IMG/VR virus record: IMGVR_UViG_3300023504_000391
Location: 51,299 to 115,298 of that record
DNA length: 64,000 nucleotides
Source of the DNA: a virus
Direction: 5' to 3' (one strand)
This document shows positions 58,694 through 64,000 of this stretch, piece after piece. Within the stretch, counting starts at the first letter, position 1; each line of letters starts with the position of its first letter. The notes under the pieces are model-generated. The model did no database searches, had not been told where the DNA came from, and was given only the letters and a program-made list of their open reading frames with translations. The position numbers were made by a program, and so were the translations under genes.

Positions 58694-59479
58694 ATGGCAT
58701 ATATAAAAGAATATTGGCAGAATAAAGAACAGAGAGCAGAAACTGCTCGCAAACATACAAAAGAGATGCAGAATAAATATGGTCGTTGTATTCAGACTGC
58801 TATTTCTGCAACAAAAATTTATGATACAGATTCATTTAATAGGGATTTTGAAGAGGATATCGAAGACAAAGATACCAAGATTATTGTAGAGAATATTGAT
58901 AGTGTAGGTGCTGTAATGAAATACGGCAATCCAAGTACAGCAGTTCTTAATTTTTCTTCATATAAAAATCCAGGTGGAATGTTTCTAAATGGTAGTAAGG
59001 CACAGGAAGAGTGCTTATGTCACGAATCATTCTTGTACAATGTGTTGAGTCAGTTTGTATTAGAGTTTTATGATTGGAATAATCGACACAAGAATAAGGC
59101 TTTATATTTGAACAGAGGATTATTTTCTCCTGGTGTTTGGTTCTTTAGAGAGAATAGCCACATAGAGTGTAGCGTTATTACTTGTGCTGCTCCAAATAAG
59201 TCGGTTGCGCAGAAATATCAGAACGTGTCAGACGAAGAGAATACTAAAGTATTAAGAAGTCGAATTAAATTTGTTCTTGATATGGCAAAAGATAATAATG
59301 TGAGCACTCTTATTTTAGGAGCTTATGGTTGTGGGGTTTTTGGTCAAGATGCAACAGAAGTAGCGAATGTATTTAAAGAATATTTAACTACTATTCATAA
59401 ATGCTTCGATACTGTTGTATTTGCTGTTCCAAATGGTAGAGATGGTAACTATGAGAAGTTTGTAAAGGTGTTTGAGTAG
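58694..59479 (+). CDS. PARG-like macrodomain protein (DUF2263 / bacterial poly(ADP-ribose) glycohydrolase family)
   Basis: ..VLNFSSYKNPGGMFLNGSKAQEECLCHES.. matches the PARG signature GG-x6-8-QEE; ..ILGAYGCGVFGQD.. matches the family's C-terminal glycine-rich motif. Confidence 0.7.
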   Translation: MAYIKEYWQNKEQRAETARKHTKEMQNKYGRCIQTAISATKIYDTDSFNRDFEEDIEDKDTKIIVENIDSVGAVMKYGNPSTAVLNFSSYKNPGGMFLNGSKAQEECLCHESFLYNVLSQFVLEFYDWNNRHKNKALYLNRGLFSPGVWFFRENSHIECSVITCAAPNKSVAQKYQNVSDEENTKVLRSRIKFVLDMAKDNNVSTLILGAYGCGVFGQDATEVANVFKEYLTTIHKCFDTVVFAVPNGRDGNYEKFVKVFE

Positions 59480-59519
59480 CACAGTAAACATAGATTTCCT
59501 TTGTTCTAGTAGAGAATAT

Positions 59520-59735
59520 ATAAATGAGGTAAAACGAACTGAAAGCCTGAGATGGTGAAAAGGTAAAGGTGAAGGCTGAAATTAACAAGTCAGTCAACCG
59601 ATGAGCGTATAGGCTGAAACTCATTTGAGAATATAATGCCTTGGAACAAACCTCAATCCTAACATGTAATGATGAGGAATAAGGATGCTCTCATAGAGTA
59701 CAAAAATGAATGTACTCTTATATTTTTTTGGAGGT
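59520..59735 (+). ncRNA. candidate structured non-coding RNA ending in an intrinsic terminator
   Basis: About 200-nt ORF-free, comparatively GC-rich region after a TAGAGAATATATAAAT motif (59506); ends with GAGTACA-aaaatgaa-TGTACTC followed by TATATTTTTTT (59693-59731). Confidence 0.3.
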
Positions 59736-59741
59736 GAAATT

Positions 59742-59921
59742 ATGAATATTTTTAATTTTATTTTGATAATTATAGGAATTTTAAATTTATTTGTTGGAGT
59801 AAAATGGTCAACAGATGGTCTATGTGAACTCATATTCAAAACATTGTATTTAGCTAGTGCGGGATATCTTATTTTTTATGCTTTATATTTGGAAGGTATT
59901 TTAATTGTTATAAACAGATAA
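59742..59921 (+). CDS. hypothetical small membrane protein
   Basis: GGAGGTGAAATT RBS before ATG 59742; two hydrophobic helices. Confidence 0.5.
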   Translation: MNIFNFILIIIGILNLFVGVKWSTDGLCELIFKTLYLASAGYLIFYALYLEGILIVINR

Positions 59922-59940
59922 CCAAAAGGAGAATTAAAAA

Positions 59941-60264
59941 ATGGAACAGTTAACAAATGATTATAAATTATACCAAAGCAAATTTAAAAATTTAACGGAT
60001 ATTTATAATGAGATAGAAGAAAGTTCAGATAAGTCTATTGTGTTAATGAAATTAACGACTGAAATTATAAGTGAAGTTGATTCCTTATATAGAAAACATA
60101 ACTTTGACGATTCCTTTGACTTATCTGATGCATATTTAGAAGCACTTAGTCGTTTAGGATCAGCCTTAGAAGTAGATAGAGAAAGTGTAGGATACCTTTC
60201 TGGAAAGATGGATGGTTCTTTAACTGTGTATAAAAATCTTTCAAAATTTACTAAAAATAAATAA
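59941..60264 (+). CDS. hypothetical protein
   Basis: AAAAGGAGAA RBS. Confidence 0.65.
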   Translation: MEQLTNDYKLYQSKFKNLTDIYNEIEESSDKSIVLMKLTTEIISEVDSLYRKHNFDDSFDLSDAYLEALSRLGSALEVDRESVGYLSGKMDGSLTVYKNLSKFTKNK

Positions 60265-60394
60265 AAATAAATTCTACAATATGAGAGTTCAGGTTTATAG
60301 CAATAGTAATTACAAGATAGCTCTTGAACTTAGTAATAAGGCATAATGAATTGCATGTAAGAGATTAGTTATAAGGAGAATAAATAAAGGAATT

Positions 60395-60754
60395 ATGAAG
60401 AAATTTTTATACACCTTAATAATGTTATTGGTATTTGTTTTAACATTAACTGGCTGTGCAAAATGTATTAGTACAGAAACTTCAACTGTACAAGTAAAAG
60501 TGACTGATAAGTATTATGAAGAAGCTTTTACAACAATGGTGTACAATCCTAGTTTGAAGACAGTTTTACCGCAAGCATATCCAGAAACTTATAGGATTAC
60601 TGTTGAATATAGGGGTATAGAATATAATTTTTCTGACAGAGATACATATAATAAATATTCGGATAAAATTGGAGAATATGTTAACGGAATATTAGAAACC
60701 AAGAAGTATGATAACGGGAAAATAAAATATTATATCGCTGGATTGAAAGAATAA
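60395..60754 (+). CDS. putative lipoprotein
   Basis: Signal peptide MKKFLYTLIMLLVFVLTLTGC with lipobox-like LTGC. Confidence 0.6.
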   Translation: MKKFLYTLIMLLVFVLTLTGCAKCISTETSTVQVKVTDKYYEEAFTTMVYNPSLKTVLPQAYPETYRITVEYRGIEYNFSDRDTYNKYSDKIGEYVNGILETKKYDNGKIKYYIAGLKE

Positions 60755-60777
60755 TCATAAATAGGAGGAAAATTCAA

Positions 60778-61284
60778 ATGAATGGAAACGAATATCAAAG
60801 GTTCGTGATGGAATTAAATGATTATAACGATATGGAGAAAATCAATTTATTTGCTCAAAATAATGGTAACGCTACAACAGGATTATTATTAAACGGAGTG
60901 CTTGGGTTGACAGAAAAATCAGGTAATGTAGCAAGTGTTATCAAAAAGGGGATATTTAATAAACAATATATAAATAAAGAATCTTTAAAAGAAGATTGTG
61001 GAAATGTATTGAAATATCTTTCTATAATTTGTGCAGGTTTTGGATTTACAATGGACGAAATAATGAATCCAAATATCTTAACTAACAACTATGAAAGAGA
61101 AGAAACAACAAATAAAATTTTCAAAGAGATTGAAACTGTTCAGAAAATTAGAGAACAAACTATTAACGAAGTTATAAATCTCATAGATGACTTCCAAGAT
61201 ACTTTAGCTTATGGAGAATACGATTATTTTCCAAACGAAGACATAAAAGATTGGTTAGAAAAACTAAAGAAAAAGGTGGAATAA
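60778..61284 (+). CDS. MazG-like all-alpha nucleoside triphosphate pyrophosphohydrolase-fold protein (some catalytic acidic residues appear substituted)
   Basis: ..LLNGVLGLTEKSGNVASVIKKGIF......LKEDCGNVLKYLSIICAGFGFTMDEIM.. matches the MazG/HisE-like pattern (GL.gEaGE...K......EELGDvLwYL). Confidence 0.55.
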   Translation: MNGNEYQRFVMELNDYNDMEKINLFAQNNGNATTGLLLNGVLGLTEKSGNVASVIKKGIFNKQYINKESLKEDCGNVLKYLSIICAGFGFTMDEIMNPNILTNNYEREETTNKIFKEIETVQKIREQTINEVINLIDDFQDTLAYGEYDYFPNEDIKDWLEKLKKKVE

Positions 61285-61572
61285 ATGAAAACAACTGAAG
61301 CTAAAGCAATTAAGAAGATAAGAGAATATAAAAATAGGTTAAATTTTTATTCTATTAATAAATCTTTAGACATTGCTATTGATGCACTTGAAAAAAGAAT
61401 TCCTAAGAGACTTAATAATATACATGTTAAAAGAGATTTTTATGGGCATCCTTTTTTAATAACAGGTGATTGCCCAACTTGTGGAGCATCAGGAATAAAC
61501 ACATCAACTACTAATTATTGTTATTGTTGTGGACAACGAGTTGATGGATCAGGTTGGGAAGAAAGAGAATAA
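61285..61572 (+). CDS. hypothetical zinc-ribbon protein
   Basis: CPTCGAS...CYCCGQRV; start overlaps the upstream stop (TAAATG). Confidence 0.6.
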   Translation: MKTTEAKAIKKIREYKNRLNFYSINKSLDIAIDALEKRIPKRLNNIHVKRDFYGHPFLITGDCPTCGASGINTSTTNYCYCCGQRVDGSGWEERE

Positions 61573-61600
61573 AAACTAGATAGTTATTGGAGAGAAATTA

Positions 61601-62587
61601 TTGAAATTACATAAAAAGATTAAATCAAAAATAGATGACAGTATTAAATATATATTTTTTACAGAAGAAGGTTTAGCTGTAGAATCAACGTTTATAGATA
61701 AGCATGATAGTAAAAATATTATCTGTTTACCAACTCAGACTTCTCGTTGTATGAAATGTAAGTTTTGTCATATAACCGACATAGCATCAGAAATTATTTT
61801 AAGAAACATAACAGATATTGAGATAGTACAAATGGTTGATTATATATTTAACGATTTAGAATTATCAAAGGATAAAATGTTGCTTATCTCTTTTATGGGT
61901 TGTGGAGAGCCTTTATTAAACTCAGTAAATTTGATTAAAGGAATGATTTTATTAAACAGTTCTTATGCAAAAATTAGATTTGCCCTCGCCACTTCGATGC
62001 CCAAAAATAATGAAGAACATTTTAAAGATTTTGTTAAAAAAATAAAAGATAATAAATTGAATGTAAAACTTCATTTATCATTGCATTATACAAACGATTT
62101 AGACCGACATAATTGGATGCCTAATGCTGAAATAATAAGTAAGTCTTTGGAATTATTAGATTATTATAAAAAAATAACAAATAATGCTATAGAAATACAT
62201 TATACATTAATAAATGAAGTAAATGATAGAGAAGAAGACATTAAGAAATTAATTAGCTTTTTTAAAAATAAAGATGTATGTATTAAATTTATTAGATATA
62301 ACTCTAAAAACACCATCAACTCCACAGAGACTCCGATAAACAAAGCAGAATCAATTATGAAAATATTAGAAAACAATGGAATTAAAACAGAATATTATAT
62401 TCCACCTGCGAGAGATGTTGGTGGTTCTTGTGGTCAAATATTGGTTAAAGAATATTTAAAATACAATAAGAAAAACATTCAAATAAATATTAGAACAAAC
62501 ACAGATGATTTGGATAAATCTATTAAACAATACAGAGAAAACAGAGAGCGTAATCCTCATATATATATGCTAACAAAAACACACTAA
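61601..62587 (+). CDS. RlmN/Cfr-like radical SAM enzyme (TTG start)
   Basis: ..NIICLPTQTSRCMKCKFCH.. aligns with RlmN ..LCVSSQVGCALECKFC.. but with one residue fewer (C-x2-C-x2-C); ..ISFMGCGEPLLN.. matches RlmN ..FMGMGEPLLN; ..TLINEVNDREEDIKKL.. matches the family's L..vND motif. Confidence 0.7.
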   Translation: MKLHKKIKSKIDDSIKYIFFTEEGLAVESTFIDKHDSKNIICLPTQTSRCMKCKFCHITDIASEIILRNITDIEIVQMVDYIFNDLELSKDKMLLISFMGCGEPLLNSVNLIKGMILLNSSYAKIRFALATSMPKNNEEHFKDFVKKIKDNKLNVKLHLSLHYTNDLDRHNWMPNAEIISKSLELLDYYKKITNNAIEIHYTLINEVNDREEDIKKLISFFKNKDVCIKFIRYNSKNTINSTETPINKAESIMKILENNGIKTEYYIPPARDVGGSCGQILVKEYLKYNKKNIQINIRTNTDDLDKSIKQYRENRERNPHIYMLTKTH

Positions 62588-62790
62588 ACGCCTTAAAACA
62601 ATTAAGGTTAAAAGAATTAAATAATAAAACTTTTAAAATTAATGCAGATGTAATTATGGGTGTTATGGGTGTATGTATAGAAGATTATGAAAAAGATATG
62701 CTTTATCTAGGATCTATTTACGGTTGCAAAATGGTTTGTGATGATACATTAAACTATGGAGAAATTGAATTGAAATAGGAGAAATATATA

Positions 62791-63090
62791 ATGGATAAAA
62801 ATAATCACAACATGTCTTTGACTTTAGAGTGGAATGAATATGATAACAACAATACAAACCGTAGAATCAAAGTCATCGGTTATCCAAACACTCTAAGTGA
62901 AGCATTTTCTTTAATAAGAAAGTTCTTGAAACAACATAATTATAAATGTTATGCAATAAGACGATGGTTAAAGGAGAATAGAGTAGTGATTGATGTTGGT
63001 AGTCATACTCAGCTCTTCTACATAAGTAACTTAAATGAAACGACAAAACAAGAATTGATTAAAGAAGGATTGATAAAAAATGAGGATTGA
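62791..63090 (+). CDS. hypothetical protein
   Basis: ATAGGAGAAAT RBS. Confidence 0.6.
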   Translation: MDKNNHNMSLTLEWNEYDNNNTNRRIKVIGYPNTLSEAFSLIRKFLKQHNYKCYAIRRWLKENRVVIDVGSHTQLFYISNLNETTKQELIKEGLIKNED

Positions 63091-63625
63091 AGTAGCAAAA
63101 CATGAGGATATGTGGCAGGAAATAAAGAACTCTGCTATGTTTACTATGGGTAAAGATGCTGGTAAATATCCAACAAGTGAATGGAAAAAGAGAATATTAT
63201 TAGCAGAACATAGTCCAATAAGAGATGGATACTTTATTTTAAACTGCTATGAAATACCATCATTTGTCATTGGACATATCGTTCGACATTTTAACGGTAT
63301 TGAAAAATATGTCCAGTCATTAAGAAGCGATAGAACAGAATATACAGAAGTCCCTAATAGAAATACATTACAGAATGTTAGATTAAGAATTAATTTTCAA
63401 GCGTTTATTAATATTAGTAGAAAAAGACTTTGTTCTTGTGCAAGTAAAGAAACAAGAGAGTTTTGGCAATTAATTCTTGATACAATTAAAAGTTATGAAC
63501 CAGAGCTATATTCGGTCTGTGTTAGAGAATGTATCTATAGAGGCTTCTGCCCAGAGATGAAAAGTTGTGGATATAACAATACTGAAGCCTTTCATCAAGC
63601 TCTTAGTGAATATAGAAAAGTATAA
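63080..63625 (+). CDS. divergent ThyX-like (flavin-dependent thymidylate synthase fold) protein
   Basis: ..LLAEHSPIRDGYFILNCYEIPSFVIGHIVRHFNGIEKYVQSLRSDR.. parallels the ThyX ..ESPLEH..F.F.I.G.SRA..HQLVRHRIASYSQQSQRY.. block, but RHR is replaced by RHF with a one-residue spacing difference. Confidence 0.45.
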   Translation: MRIEVAKHEDMWQEIKNSAMFTMGKDAGKYPTSEWKKRILLAEHSPIRDGYFILNCYEIPSFVIGHIVRHFNGIEKYVQSLRSDRTEYTEVPNRNTLQNVRLRINFQAFINISRKRLCSCASKETREFWQLILDTIKSYEPELYSVCVRECIYRGFCPEMKSCGYNNTEAFHQALSEYRKV

Positions 63626-63712
63626 CTACTATATATAGTAGCATATGTAGATTTACAATACTATATATAGTAATAAAAGAGTGATGAAATCAGGATTTCA
63701 AGAGGAGGATAT

Positions 63713-64000
63713 ATGGATAGAGTAGAAAGAATTAAAAACCTAATAAATACATTAAACACAGCATCAACTGCTTATTATACATCAACTCCTATTATGAGCG
63801 ACTATGAGTGGGATAAATTGTATGAAGAGTTAAAGCAACTTGAAAAGGAAACTGGAACGATATTCAATAACTCACCAACACAAAATGTAGGTTATGTTGT
63901 TTTGGATAAGTTGAAAGAGGTAACACATAATCATCCAATGCTATCTTTAGATAAAACTAAAAACATTGAAGATTTAATAAGTTTTATTGGCAATAACCGC
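63713..64000 (+). CDS. ligA: NAD-dependent DNA ligase, N-terminal part (continues beyond the window)
   Basis: MDRVERIKNLINTLNTASTAYYTSTPIMSDYEWDKLYEELKQLEKETG matches the LigA Ia/adenylation N-terminus (YY...P..SD.EYD.L...L..LE); GAGGAGGA RBS; two palindromic TACTATATATAGTA motifs upstream. Confidence 0.75.
   Translation, partial: MDRVERIKNLINTLNTASTAYYTSTPIMSDYEWDKLYEELKQLEKETGTIFNNSPTQNVGYVVLDKLKEVTHNHPMLSLDKTKNIEDLISFIGNNR

Noticed and set aside
58573-58696. Coiled-coil reading frame (ELRNRITTLEKENKELKEEINHLIDRNNELLRLYIERNDK) immediately after the 58390 ORF
   Set aside because: It has no ATG start, only a possible TTG with a weak RBS. It could be a small leucine-zipper gene or the product of a frameshift, but the evidence is insufficient.
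597-59839. Most minus-strand ORFs in the six-frame track (for example 597..797, 1534..1785, 6795..7138, 23036..23326, 30828..31055, 40677..41126, 42628..42981, 49112..49387, 59391..59839)
   Set aside because: They lie antisense inside well-supported + strand genes, lack ribosome-binding sites, and have low-complexity hydrophobic translations typical of AT-rich antisense frames. I accept only 23932..24717, 26186..26371 and 26421..26618 as minus-strand genes.
1-64000. CRISPR arrays, rRNA genes and capsid/tail/terminase genes
   Set aside because: I found no regularly spaced direct repeats, no rRNA-like conserved blocks, and no recognisable capsid, portal, terminase or tail proteins. The window appears to cover only early, lysogeny and replication/nucleotide-metabolism regions.

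Overview
This window looks like part of a large double-stranded DNA phage or prophage from a low-GC Firmicute. It is visibly AT-rich, and almost every gene sits on the + strand behind a strong AGGAGG-type ribosome-binding site (RBS). There are no capsid or tail genes, no rRNA and no CRISPR array. The layout, start to end: (1) 1-17.5 kb: a run of about 45 small genes, many of them very acidic, that look like early or host-takeover genes. They include a 372-aa beta-helix repeat protein. (2) 18.1-19.6 kb: a decayed IS607-family element. It has a frameshifted, truncated tnpA helix-turn-helix (HTH) remnant, an intact TnpB with the complete RuvC D/E/D triad and zinc ribbon, and a downstream GC-rich hairpin that could be its guide (omega) RNA. 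(3) 21-27.5 kb: a lysogeny and accessory module. It contains a tyrosine integrase, a RepA_N-like initiator and a minus-strand CI-like HTH+S24 autopeptidase repressor. The repressor faces a near-consensus rightward promoter bracketed by two 18-bp operator repeats. Downstream are a MazF/PemK toxin, ribbon-helix-helix (RHH) and Xenobiotic Response Element (XRE)-family repressors (both minus strand), a sigma-like factor and a 458-aa DUF262 ParB-like protein. (4) A tRNA-Gln(UUG) at 33823-33894 preceded by a 20-bp perfect palindrome, plus an SPFH (band-7) protein and a secreted DPBB-like protein. (5) A small adenine methyltransferase broken at a G6 homopolymer; a second G6 tract splits another ORF near 5.47 kb. 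(6) 40-52 kb: a replication block. It has YopX, a single-stranded DNA-binding (SSB)-like protein with an acidic tail, a Sak4-like ATPase, DnaB helicase, a TOPRIM primase, RecJ-like DHH exonuclease and a Pol III alpha subunit. Two free-standing HNH-AP2 homing endonucleases are wedged between the replication genes. (7) 52-64 kb: nucleic-acid processing genes. These are an ERCC4 nuclease, HD hydrolase, ClpP-like peptidase, an ATP-dependent RNA ligase immediately followed by a PARG-like macrodomain, a MazG-like protein, and an RlmN/Cfr-like radical SAM enzyme with a shortened CxxCxxC cluster. A divergent ThyX-like protein and the N-terminus of NAD-dependent ligase follow. Two short sequence motifs recur in intergenic regions, and a 20-bp tandem duplication truncates one small gene. 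The candidates I consider most interesting are the RNA-ligase/PARG-like pair, the atypical RlmN/Cfr-like enzyme, the DUF262 protein in the accessory island, and the TnpB with its putative guide RNA.
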